A stretch of 64,000 nucleotides of DNA from Candidatus Latescibacterota bacterium (GTDB taxonomy: Bacteria; Latescibacterota; UBA2968; UBA8231): positions 2,080,001 to 2,144,000 of the forward strand of contig OY730476.1 of assembly GCA_963422735.1 (NCBI GenBank), given 5' to 3'. The notes beneath the pieces were generated by a model that worked only from the letters and a program-made list of their open reading frames with translations, did no database searches and was not told the origin of the DNA. Positions 50,740 through 59,410 of the stretch are shown in pieces. Made by a program: the position numbers and the translations under genes. Within the stretch, counting starts at the first letter, position 1. Every line of letters starts with the position of its first letter.

Positions 50740-51879
50740 GTGAAAATCACCGCGGTGAAATTGCTGGTGTTGGAAGACCCAAGTGGCAAGGGGAGCGTCG
50801 GCCATAGCATTGCGCGGGTAGAGGGACTGCGGAGGATACAATACACGCATAAAGGCAGGCTCGATCGGGAACTGCGCCCGGTACGGCAGAGCTTTTTGGA
50901 GGTGCATACGGACGAGGGGATTGTGGGTCGCAGCGATACGTCGATGACGCCCTATCAGGCCGGCGTCGTGCGGTATCATGCAGTGGGGCGCAGCCCGTGG
51001 GAGCGCGAGGGGCTGTTTCAGCAGTTTTGGAAGGGAACCCGGTGGGTGTACCAGCCCCCGGGGTGGTTTGGGGCGTTTGACAACTGCCTGTGGGACATTT
51101 TGGGCAAGGCCGCGGGACTGCCGGTCTATGCGTTGGTGGGGCGCGTGCGGCCGCGACTGCCTGCGTATCTGACCGGCGGAGATACGGATATAGAAGGGTA
51201 TCTCAGAGCCATAGAGACTGGCAAAAAAATGGGCATTGGGGCGTATAAGTTTCATACGTATAAAGGGGGCAAGGCCGATATTCCCATTTACCGGGCCGTG
51301 CGGGATGCCGTGGGATCAGATTATGATTTGATCACCGATCCAGTGTGCTCCTATGACTTGCGCGAGGCCCTTGAAGTGGGGCGCGTGCTGGAGGAGCTGG
51401 ATTTTGTATGGTTGGAAGAGCCGATGCACGAGCAGAAGATGAATCAATATCAGGAGCTATGCCGAGCGTTGACCATTCCGGTTATGGGGACCGAGATGCT
51501 GATGCACGACATCGACTTGACGGCGCAATGGCTGATCCAAGGGGCGACCGATCGCCTGCGGGGCAATGCCCGACACGGGACGACGCAGGTGCTGAAACTG
51601 GCGCATCTGGCCGAGTTGCACGGAGCAAATATCGAACTGAATGCCGGTGGGGCGTTGGATGGGCTGGTACACGCGCACCTGGGCTGCTGTATCGACAACA
51701 CGGATTTCTACGAGTTTTTCGGGGCAACGGCCGACAGCTTGCGGCAGACCGGGGCGCGATGGGGGTTGCTCAACGCGCCCTTGATTGAAGAAGGGCACAT
51801 CGCGCCCCCGGATGGGCCGGGTTGGGGCGCGGAGTGGGACGAGGCGAAGTTCGGCTCGCTGGTAGTTGAAGAGCACTGA
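50740..51879 (+). CDS. Enolase superfamily protein
   Basis: AAGGAG RBS and GTG; DNCLWDILGK, KFH, DP, EEP, TE, PGWG. Confidence 0.88.
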   Translation: MKITAVKLLVLEDPSGKGSVGHSIARVEGLRRIQYTHKGRLDRELRPVRQSFLEVHTDEGIVGRSDTSMTPYQAGVVRYHAVGRSPWEREGLFQQFWKGTRWVYQPPGWFGAFDNCLWDILGKAAGLPVYALVGRVRPRLPAYLTGGDTDIEGYLRAIETGKKMGIGAYKFHTYKGGKADIPIYRAVRDAVGSDYDLITDPVCSYDLREALEVGRVLEELDFVWLEEPMHEQKMNQYQELCRALTIPVMGTEMLMHDIDLTAQWLIQGATDRLRGNARHGTTQVLKLAHLAELHGANIELNAGGALDGLVHAHLGCCIDNTDFYEFFGATADSLRQTGARWGLLNAPLIEEGHIAPPDGPGWGAEWDEAKFGSLVVEEH

Positions 51880-51891
51880 AAAGGAGGGCGC

Positions 51892-52752
51892 ATGAAAAGC
51901 TGGCAACCCACCCAAGACCAAATTCGATCTTGGGAGGAAAAGGGCTATTTCACCGTTCCTCGGGTCGCAACGGCCGAGCAAGCGGCGGAGATGCGCGGGG
52001 TGATCAAGAACATCCTGTACAAGCCCGAGCCCGAAAACGTCCGCACGGACGCCGACCCCATGGATCCAATGGGCGATACGCCCGAGGCGCGGGCGCAGCG
52101 CTTTCGCAAGTTCAACCGCTGGTGCCACACTGCGCCGCTGGTCTGGCACACGGTACACGCTGGGGCGATGGCACCACTGGCGCGGTATCATCTGGGCGAC
52201 GATATCCTGCTCAAGTTCAGCAGCGTCTTTGTCAAGCCGGCCAAGACCGGGGCCGCCACACCTTGGCATCAAGACAACGGGCTGTGGCGCGATGGCGAGA
52301 CCGAGCCGTTCAACTTCTGGATGGCCCTCGACCCGGCGCGGCGCGACAACGGCTGCTTGCAATTCATTCCGGGAAGCCACAAAACCGAAATCGTAGAGCA
52401 CATGTTCTACGCCGACAGCATCCACGGCGAGTTGCCGCGGGAGCGGGTCGCGGCCTTAAAGGCCGAGCGCGGCATCAAGCACATTGAGCTGTCACCAGGC
52501 GATGTCGTCTGCTGGCACAGCAGTATATGGCACTACAGCCCGATCAATAGGAGTCCGCAGAGCCGGATCGGCATCGCCGGCGTCTATACCACGCCAACGC
52601 TGGCCGACCGCTCGCCACGCACTTGGGGAAATCTGCATTGGGTGATGCAAAAAGGCGCGTTGTGCCAGAATTTTCCGCCGGACGAATACGAAGTACATGC
52701 AGAAAATAAGTCGCCGCCCCCGCCATTTCCGAAAGCCGATCAACATTCATAA
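51892..52752 (+). CDS. PhyH family Fe(II)/2OG oxygenase
   Basis: KP, PWHQDNG, WMALD, NGCLQFIPGSH, WHYS.N.S..R. Confidence 0.92.
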   Translation: MKSWQPTQDQIRSWEEKGYFTVPRVATAEQAAEMRGVIKNILYKPEPENVRTDADPMDPMGDTPEARAQRFRKFNRWCHTAPLVWHTVHAGAMAPLARYHLGDDILLKFSSVFVKPAKTGAATPWHQDNGLWRDGETEPFNFWMALDPARRDNGCLQFIPGSHKTEIVEHMFYADSIHGELPRERVAALKAERGIKHIELSPGDVVCWHSSIWHYSPINRSPQSRIGIAGVYTTPTLADRSPRTWGNLHWVMQKGALCQNFPPDEYEVHAENKSPPPPFPKADQHS

Positions 52753-52773
52753 AATCGAAAGGGGACGCACAAG

Positions 52774-53679
52774 ATGAGCGCAGCTTATGTAGTAGATAAG
52801 AATCTGGGGCAGCCGTTGCTGGTGGAGGAAGGCGACCTGCCGCAAAAAAACGCCGACGGCGAGCCGGTCGTCGAGCTAACCAACGAGCAGAAATACCTCT
52901 TCGATGTTCGCGGGTGGCTCTTGGTGCCCGGGGTGTTGGCCGACGACGAGATTGAGGCCATGCGCGAGTACGCATTGCGCGTGCAGCACCGCCCGGATTC
53001 GCTGCCGGCACACAAGCATTCTTTTGTGGCCGGGCCGCTGGAGAAGCTGACCGATCATCCGGTTGTAGTGGGCTTCCTCAACGAGTTTCTGGCGTTTCCA
53101 GGGCTGTCGAGCGCCGAGTGTTATGGGTTTCGGATGGAGGGCAGCGGCTTGCGCAACCCGGCGGCAAGCCCCGAGCGGGAAGGCGTTTTCAACCCGCACA
53201 ACGGCAGCGGCCTCTTTCGCTTTGCCGTGGATTCGCACCACTACCAAAGCATTCCCGGCAAGTCCTTTAGCGGGTTGACGCGGGTGGTGTGGGAGCTAGC
53301 CCCGGTCAAAATGGGGCAGGGCGGCACACTCTTAGCCACGGGGAGCCACAAGGCCGCATACCCGGCACCCGCCGCCATTCAGGACCCGCATTCGGCGGTG
53401 TGGGAAACTTATGAGTGCCCGGCTGGGTCGGTGTTGTTTTTTACCGAGGCGTTGGCGCACAGCACCTCGCGGTGGACCAATACCGACAACGAGCGGGTGG
53501 GCATATTCAACCTCTACAATAGCGTTGGCTCGCGCTGGAGCTCGTGGTCGCCACCGGCCAAACTCGTCGAGCAGATGCCGCCGATGCGGCAGACCCTCTT
53601 CCGCGGAACCTACTGCGCCGACAACGTACCCGGCTTCCGCTACGGGGGCCAGAATCAGCGGGATCGGCCGGTCGCCTGA
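52774..53679 (+). CDS. PhyH-like Fe(II)/2OG enzyme with HxG motif
   Basis: QKYLFDVRGW, FNPHNGSG, GSHKA, FTEALAHS..W, R. Confidence 0.85.
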   Translation: MSAAYVVDKNLGQPLLVEEGDLPQKNADGEPVVELTNEQKYLFDVRGWLLVPGVLADDEIEAMREYALRVQHRPDSLPAHKHSFVAGPLEKLTDHPVVVGFLNEFLAFPGLSSAECYGFRMEGSGLRNPAASPEREGVFNPHNGSGLFRFAVDSHHYQSIPGKSFSGLTRVVWELAPVKMGQGGTLLATGSHKAAYPAPAAIQDPHSAVWETYECPAGSVLFFTEALAHSTSRWTNTDNERVGIFNLYNSVGSRWSSWSPPAKLVEQMPPMRQTLFRGTYCADNVPGFRYGGQNQRDRPVA

Positions 53680-53759
53680 TTATAAACTCGCGCTGGGCGA
53701 GGCATTGACACCCAGAGTTAATGTTTAGCGGCCCGTCGTCGCCACTGAAGTGGATGGGA

Positions 53760-53840
53760 CTGGCCACCGGCCACTGACCACCGGCCACTGAACACCGGCC
53801 ACTGACCCCTGACCCCTGAACACCGGCCACTGACCACTGA
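53760..53840 (+). repeat. Tandem heptamer array, 11 units of consensus CYGRMCM
   Basis: CTGGCCA CCGGCCA CTGACCA CCGGCCA CTGAACA CCGGCCA CTGACCC CTGACCC CTGAACA CCGGCCA CTGACCA CTGA. Confidence 0.9.
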
Positions 53841-53859
53841 TTAAACAGGCCTTATCCTG

Positions 53860-54873
53860 ATGTATATCCAAGACCAAGTTTCCATCGGCGAACTCGACGA
53901 CGAGCATCTGAGCTTCTTTCGTGCGATCGGGGTGGACTCAATCCATCTGGAGTTGCGCGGGGGATCACCCGTCGCCGGGCGTCGGGGCGGTACAGGATCG
54001 GCGAATACATCGCTGGCGCAGGATTTAAGGGCCGGCAAGGACTGCACCGACGCGTTGGTACAGGCGCGGGAAAAGGTCGAGGCGCACGGTATGAAGCTGA
54101 ACAATATCTTCATGCCCGCTTGGGAGGAGATTACCTTGGCCGAGGAGAACATGGACGAGAAGATCGGCCACTGGTGCAAGATGCTGGAGAGTGTGGGCCA
54201 AGCCGGCATTCCTTGCGTGGGCTGGAACTTCAAACCAATGGGCAATTTTCGCACCCCTGCGGATACGGGTAGGGGCGGTGTGCAATACAGTACGTTCGAC
54301 TATGCAGTTTTTGCTAAAAACCGGCCCAAACCGCACGAGCCTCCGGTGGACGAGGCGCAGATGTGGGCGCGGATGGAGCGATTTTTAGCGGCGGCGATCC
54401 CCGCGGCCGAAAAGGCGGGGGTGCGGATGGCCCTACACCCGGATGACCCGCCGATCCCCGAGCCGCTAGGGGGCGTGGCGCAGATCTGTTCGACCATGGA
54501 GCAGTTCCGCAAGACCTTCTTTGAGATTGCGCCGAGCGACAGCAATTGCATACTCTTTTGCCAAGGGTGCATGACCGAGTTGTTGGGGCCAGAGAAGATA
54601 TACGATGCGATCGCCGAGATGGCTGCAAAGGGCAAGATCGCCTGGGTTCATTTCCGCAATGTACGCGGGCAGTTGCCGCGATTTACCGAGGTGTTCGTGG
54701 ACGAAGGGGAGGTGGATATGCGGCGAGCGATGGAAGTATATCGGGATAATGGGTTTGATGGGCCGTATATGATGGACCACACGCCATCTTTTGCCCATGG
54801 GTACGGGCCGTTGCACGGTAAGGCGTACGCTATTGGGTATATTCGGGCATTGATACAGATGGTGTACGGATAA
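53860..54873 (+). CDS. uxuA: Mannonate dehydratase (UxuA family)
   Basis: WNF, RGG, F..A.IP.AEKAGVRMALHPDDPP, FCQG, VHFRN, DEG.VDM, DH.P, AYAIGYIRAL. Confidence 0.85.
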   Translation: MYIQDQVSIGELDDEHLSFFRAIGVDSIHLELRGGSPVAGRRGGTGSANTSLAQDLRAGKDCTDALVQAREKVEAHGMKLNNIFMPAWEEITLAEENMDEKIGHWCKMLESVGQAGIPCVGWNFKPMGNFRTPADTGRGGVQYSTFDYAVFAKNRPKPHEPPVDEAQMWARMERFLAAAIPAAEKAGVRMALHPDDPPIPEPLGGVAQICSTMEQFRKTFFEIAPSDSNCILFCQGCMTELLGPEKIYDAIAEMAAKGKIAWVHFRNVRGQLPRFTEVFVDEGEVDMRRAMEVYRDNGFDGPYMMDHTPSFAHGYGPLHGKAYAIGYIRALIQMVYG

Positions 54874-54911
54874 GGCTGGGCGTGAACGCAGGGCGACTTG
54901 GAGGAGAGAAT

Positions 54912-55772
54912 ATGCCAGTATTGAGCAAAGAAGATCGAGCCTTCTGGGAGGAGAATGGGTATGTAGTCGTCCGCAATGCCGTGCCCCAGGAAAACTTGGA
55001 CGCAATGGTGACGGCGATCTGGGAATTTCTGGAGATGGATCCAAAACGCGAAGAGGAATGGTACAAGTACCAGCCCTACACCCGCGACAATCTGTGCTCG
55101 CCGATCTCATCAGCCGGGATGGTCGAAATCTACCAGCACCAAGCCCTGTGGGACAATCGACAGTACCCCAAGGTGCATCAGGCTTTTGCCGATATATGGG
55201 GCGACGAGAAACTGTGGGTCTCGCTGGACCGGGCCAATATGAAACCGCCAGCGCGTGAAGATCGGCCCGAATGGTGCAACAAGGGGATGATTCACTGGGA
55301 TGTCGATACGGCACAGCGGCCAGTATCTTTTGGGGTGCAAGGAGTGCTGTATTTGACGGATACGGCGGAGGCCCAAGGCGGCTTCCAGTGCATCCCCGGC
55401 TTCCACCGGATGTTTGACGAATGGGTCAAGACCCAGCCGGCGGATCGCAACTCGCGCCAACCCGATTTGGCAGGACTAAGGGTCAAGTCGATTGCAGGCC
55501 AAGCCGGAGACTTGCTGATCTGGCATCGGTTGTTGGCTCATGGCAACGGCCACAATCGATCCGATCGGCCGCGCTTGGCGCAGTATATCGCCATGTCGCC
55601 GGCACCTGCGAACGGAGAAGCCGCACGTAAGGAGCGGATCGTGGCTTGGCAGGAGCGGCGACCGACGCCTAGCTGGCCCGGCGATGCGCGGGATTGGGAA
55701 CACCAGCATCAGCAACCGGCCGAGCTGACTTCCCTAGGGCGGAAGCTCTTGGGAGTGGACTCGTGGAATTAA
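54912..55772 (+). CDS. PhyH family Fe(II)/2OG oxygenase
   Basis: FWEENGY, IHWD, QGVLYLTD, GGFQCIPGFH, LAHGN..N, PR. Confidence 0.9.
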   Translation: MPVLSKEDRAFWEENGYVVVRNAVPQENLDAMVTAIWEFLEMDPKREEEWYKYQPYTRDNLCSPISSAGMVEIYQHQALWDNRQYPKVHQAFADIWGDEKLWVSLDRANMKPPAREDRPEWCNKGMIHWDVDTAQRPVSFGVQGVLYLTDTAEAQGGFQCIPGFHRMFDEWVKTQPADRNSRQPDLAGLRVKSIAGQAGDLLIWHRLLAHGNGHNRSDRPRLAQYIAMSPAPANGEAARKERIVAWQERRPTPSWPGDARDWEHQHQQPAELTSLGRKLLGVDSWN

Positions 55773-55797
55773 AGCAGACCACTTAAGGAGCGATTCG

Positions 55798-56679
55798 ATG
55801 AGTAAGAAAATCAACCGCGCCGTTGCCCTCCTCGCCCAGGATCAGCCAATCTACTACACAGGTGCCCACTCCGGACACGTGCTGACCTACGAGCAGGGCA
55901 GAGAGGACGCCGGCACTTGGGCCGACTACATCAATGTCGGCATGGAACACGGTTCGTTCGACATGGCCGGGCTAGACGAGTACTTGCACGGCCTGATCGC
56001 CGGCGGGCCGACCCGCAGCGGGCACCGGACTCCGGCGGTAATCGTCGAGGCTCCGGTCGAGGGCCGCTCCGAGGAGATCGTGCGCTACAACGCTTGGCAG
56101 TTCCGGCAGATCTTGGGCCGGGGTGTGCATGGGATTCTGCTTTGTCAAGCCGAATCGGCCGCGGCCGTCCGGGCCTTTGTCGAATCGTGCCGCTATCCGG
56201 TCAACACCATCGGCGTCGGCGCCGATTTGGGCCGGGGCACGCGCGGCGTCGGCTCAGAGGGCGTGTGTGCGGGCGTGTGGGGCGCGAGCCGCGACGAGTA
56301 TCTGGCTAAGGCCGATCCTTGGCCGCTCAACCCGGAAGGCGAGTTGCTGTTAGGGCTGAAGATCGAGTCGGTGGCAGCCCTGCCCCACATTGAGGAAATC
56401 TTGTCCGTACCCGGGATCGGCTTTGCCGAAATGGGGCCAGGCGACTTGAGCATTTCGCTGGGGTATCGGACGATGCCTCAGCCGTGGCCTGCACAGATGC
56501 AGGAGACACACGAGCGGGTCAAAGCGGCGTGCCGGCAAAACGGCGTGGCCTTTTTGGACGGGGCCGCACCCGAAACGGTCGCGGCGAAAATTGACGCTGG
56601 GGCGCGAGTGATCTCTGGGGGAAGCGAAGAAACGGCCCGGGCGGGGCGAGCGCACACTCAGCGAAAGATGCCAGCGTAG
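55798..56679 (+). CDS. HpcH/HpaI aldolase/citrate lyase family protein
   Basis: MEHG, KIES, GPGDLS.SLG. Confidence 0.85.
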   Translation: MSKKINRAVALLAQDQPIYYTGAHSGHVLTYEQGREDAGTWADYINVGMEHGSFDMAGLDEYLHGLIAGGPTRSGHRTPAVIVEAPVEGRSEEIVRYNAWQFRQILGRGVHGILLCQAESAAAVRAFVESCRYPVNTIGVGADLGRGTRGVGSEGVCAGVWGASRDEYLAKADPWPLNPEGELLLGLKIESVAALPHIEEILSVPGIGFAEMGPGDLSISLGYRTMPQPWPAQMQETHERVKAACRQNGVAFLDGAAPETVAAKIDAGARVISGGSEETARAGRAHTQRKMPA

Positions 56680-56680
56680 C

Positions 56681-58405
56681 ATGGTAGGCGGCGAGAAGAA
56701 ACTGCGCAGCGCAGCGTGGTTCGGCGACGAGCTACACCAAGGCTTTGTGTCCCGAGGCTGGGCCAAAAACCAAGGCCATCCCGAGCAGATGTTCGACGGC
56801 CGGCCCGTGATCGGGATCTGCAACACGTGGTCCGACTTGAATCCTTGCAACGCCCATCTGCGGATTTTGGCCGAGCAGGTCAAGCGCGGGGTGTACGAGG
56901 CCGGGGGTTTTCCGCTCGAATTTCCGGTTATCTCGCTCGGCGAGACGCTGATGAAGCCGACGACCATGCTCTACCGCAACTTGGCAAGCATGGACGTAGA
57001 GGAAAGCATCCGCGCCAATCCGCTCGACGGGGTGGTGCTGTTGACCGGCTGCGACAAAACGACGCCGGCCTGTCTGATGGGAGCGGCGAGCGTGGACTTG
57101 CCGACCATCGCGGTGACGGGCGGGCCGATGCTCAACGGCAAATTCCGCAATCAGAATATCGGCTCCGGCACGGATGTCTATCGCTTTACAACCGAGCTGC
57201 GGGCCGGGAGCATCTCGCGCTTGGATTACCTCGAGGCCGAGGCCGGGATTTCGCGCTCAGACGGGCACTGCATGACCATGGGCACGGCCTCGACGATGGC
57301 CTGCATGGTCGAGACCCTCGGACTGACGCTGCCGAGTGGCGCGGCGATCCCAGGGCCGGACGCGCGGCGCAAACGCTTGGGGCATTTGGCGGGCAATCGC
57401 ATCGTCGAGATGGTCCGAGAGGGCCTTTGCATGTCGCGCATTTTAACGCGACCAGCCATAGAAAACGCCATCAAGGTCAACGCCGCACTGGGCGGCTCGA
57501 CCAACTTCGTGGTGCATCTTTTGGCCATTGCCGGGCGGCTCGATGTCGAGTTGGAACTGGACGACTTCAACCGCTTGGGCAGCCGCATGCCGCACTTGGT
57601 CAACCTAATGCCCTCGGGCGAATATCTGATGGAGGACTTCTTCTACGCCGGGGGCTTGCCCGCCGTGATCCAAGAGATGAAGGAGCATCTGCACATGGAT
57701 ACCTTGACGGTGACGGGCAAGTCGCTTGGCGAAAATACTTCGGGTGCCCAATGCTACAACCGAGAAGTCATCGCCGCGATCAACGAGCCGCTCAAGGAGG
57801 CGGCCGGGATCGCCGTGCTCCGGGGCAATCTCTGCCCGGATGGAGCAATTATCAAGCCGTCAGCCGCCGCGGACGAGCTGATGCAGCACCGTGGACGAGC
57901 CGTGGTGTTTGAAAGTATAGAAGATTACAGGGAGCGGATTGACGATCCCAATCTCGACGTAGATAAAGATAGTGTGCTGGTCTTGAAAGGCATTGGCCCA
58001 AAAGGTTTCCCTGGTATGCCCGAAGCGGGAAAATTCGGATTGCCCAAGAAGCTGCTGCAGCAGGGCGTGCGCGATATGGTTTGTATCTCAGACGGGCGGA
58101 TGAGCGGCACGGCCTATGGGACGGTGATTCTGCACGTTGCGCCCGAAGCTGCCGTGGGCGGCCCACTGGCACTGGTGCAGGAAGGCGATCTGATCGAGCT
58201 AGACGTGGAAAAGTGTTCGTTGAATATGGCCGTACCCAACGAGGAGCTACAAAGAAGGCAGCAAGCGTGGACGCCGCCTGCTCCCGTCGTCACGCGAGGT
58301 TATGCCGGCCTCTACATCCGGCACGTGCTCCAAGCCGACAAGGGCGTTGACTTGGACATATTGGTCGGCGGCTCCGGGCCGGATGTCTATCGGGAGCCGA
58401 GGTAG
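56681..58405 (+). CDS. IlvD/Edd family dehydratase (sugar-acid dehydratase type)
   Basis: NPCN, GCDKTTP, HCMTMGTASTM, GGSTN, SDGRMSGT, HVAPE. Confidence 0.93.
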   Translation: MVGGEKKLRSAAWFGDELHQGFVSRGWAKNQGHPEQMFDGRPVIGICNTWSDLNPCNAHLRILAEQVKRGVYEAGGFPLEFPVISLGETLMKPTTMLYRNLASMDVEESIRANPLDGVVLLTGCDKTTPACLMGAASVDLPTIAVTGGPMLNGKFRNQNIGSGTDVYRFTTELRAGSISRLDYLEAEAGISRSDGHCMTMGTASTMACMVETLGLTLPSGAAIPGPDARRKRLGHLAGNRIVEMVREGLCMSRILTRPAIENAIKVNAALGGSTNFVVHLLAIAGRLDVELELDDFNRLGSRMPHLVNLMPSGEYLMEDFFYAGGLPAVIQEMKEHLHMDTLTVTGKSLGENTSGAQCYNREVIAAINEPLKEAAGIAVLRGNLCPDGAIIKPSAAADELMQHRGRAVVFESIEDYRERIDDPNLDVDKDSVLVLKGIGPKGFPGMPEAGKFGLPKKLLQQGVRDMVCISDGRMSGTAYGTVILHVAPEAAVGGPLALVQEGDLIELDVEKCSLNMAVPNEELQRRQQAWTPPAPVVTRGYAGLYIRHVLQADKGVDLDILVGGSGPDVYREPR

Positions 58406-58804
58406 CTAGCGGCCGCTGCCCAAAATGGCAACTGCTTCGACCTCGACGAGCATTCCCGGCAGGACTAGATCGGCGACCGTCACAGTAGAACTGGCGGGGG
58501 TGTGGCTGGGAAAGGCTTCGGCGCGGGCGGCCGAATACTCGGCGTAGCGACCCGTGTCGGTGATAAACGAAGTAATCTTGACCACGTCGTCCATGGTCGC
58601 ACCGGCCTCGGCGAGCACGGCGCGGATATTGGCAAAGACTTGGCGCGACTGTGCGGCCATGTCGCCTTCGCCGACGAGGTGCCCCTCCGGGTCGAGAGGC
58701 CCTTGGCCGGAGACGTAGATCGTATCCCCCACCTGCACAGCCTGTGAGATGCGGAATTTCTCGGTCCAAGGCCAAGCGGGGTTGTGTGCTTTGCGTTGGG
58801 TCAT
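58406..58804 (-). CDS. RidA/YjgF family protein
   Basis: SQAV.VG.TIYVSGQ, Q..QVF.N, DVVK, PAS, LVEVEA. Confidence 0.9.
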   Translation of the reverse strand: MTQRKAHNPAWPWTEKFRISQAVQVGDTIYVSGQGPLDPEGHLVGEGDMAAQSRQVFANIRAVLAEAGATMDDVVKITSFITDTGRYAEYSAARAEAFPSHTPASSTVTVADLVLPGMLVEVEAVAILGSGR

Positions 58805-58894
58805 GGTGGGTTTCCTGTGATAATCAGGACCTGCGTCCCAAGGGTAATTGATGAGAACGGACGCATCATCGGGAAGTGATTCGTTAGCTCTCTT

Positions 58895-59243
58895 TCAAGA
58901 AATCGCTCGACCTTGCTTGAGGCGGACGGCAGGTAGCCTTTTCAGCCGCTGATTGAGCGGATCCACTTCAATGCCAACCGATTCGAGAGCCGTCAGGCCA
59001 AGCAGCGGCTCGGCGTCAGCGTCGCCGACGATTTCTCCCATAAATTCGATGTCCGCGGTCGTGACGTCGAGTTTGAGTTCGGCCCCATTGGCTCGCTGGC
59101 CTTTCGGCTTGAGACCGATGGTCGAGGTGCGGCCTCGGGACGAGACAATCGGTCGCGCCGGTATCCACCAGAAAAAGCCCTTCCCAAGCGCGGTCCGGCG
59201 CGGCCGGGTTGCGAATCGTTACGGTGACGTGCGTGGCTCCCAT
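58895..59243 (-). pseudogene. Clan AA aspartic protease (retropepsin-like) with frameshift and small deletions
   Basis: FLVDTGATD in one frame; GLKPKGQR...EPLLGLTALESVGIEVDP in another. Confidence 0.8.
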
Positions 59244-59410
59244 GGCAAAGTCCTTTCTTTCAGTTCGTTACCGGGGTCTTTCTCCGCTACTCGCTAGAAT
59301 TTTCGAGCCGGTGCCCATAACGTCAACAGCACCCTTTGGACATGGGCTTGTGAAAAGGGCATGAATTCTCCAAGGACCAACAAACTCAAGAAAGGCGGCG
59401 AGTGAGCACT

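Noticed and set aside
53760-53840. Possible CRISPR array
   Set aside because: Contiguous 7-bp units with no unique spacers and no cas genes in the window.
56716-57912. 398-aa alternative-frame ORF and many similar Arg/Pro/Ala-rich shadow ORFs
   Set aside because: They overlap well-supported genes and are typical off-frame ORFs of high-GC DNA with no motifs.
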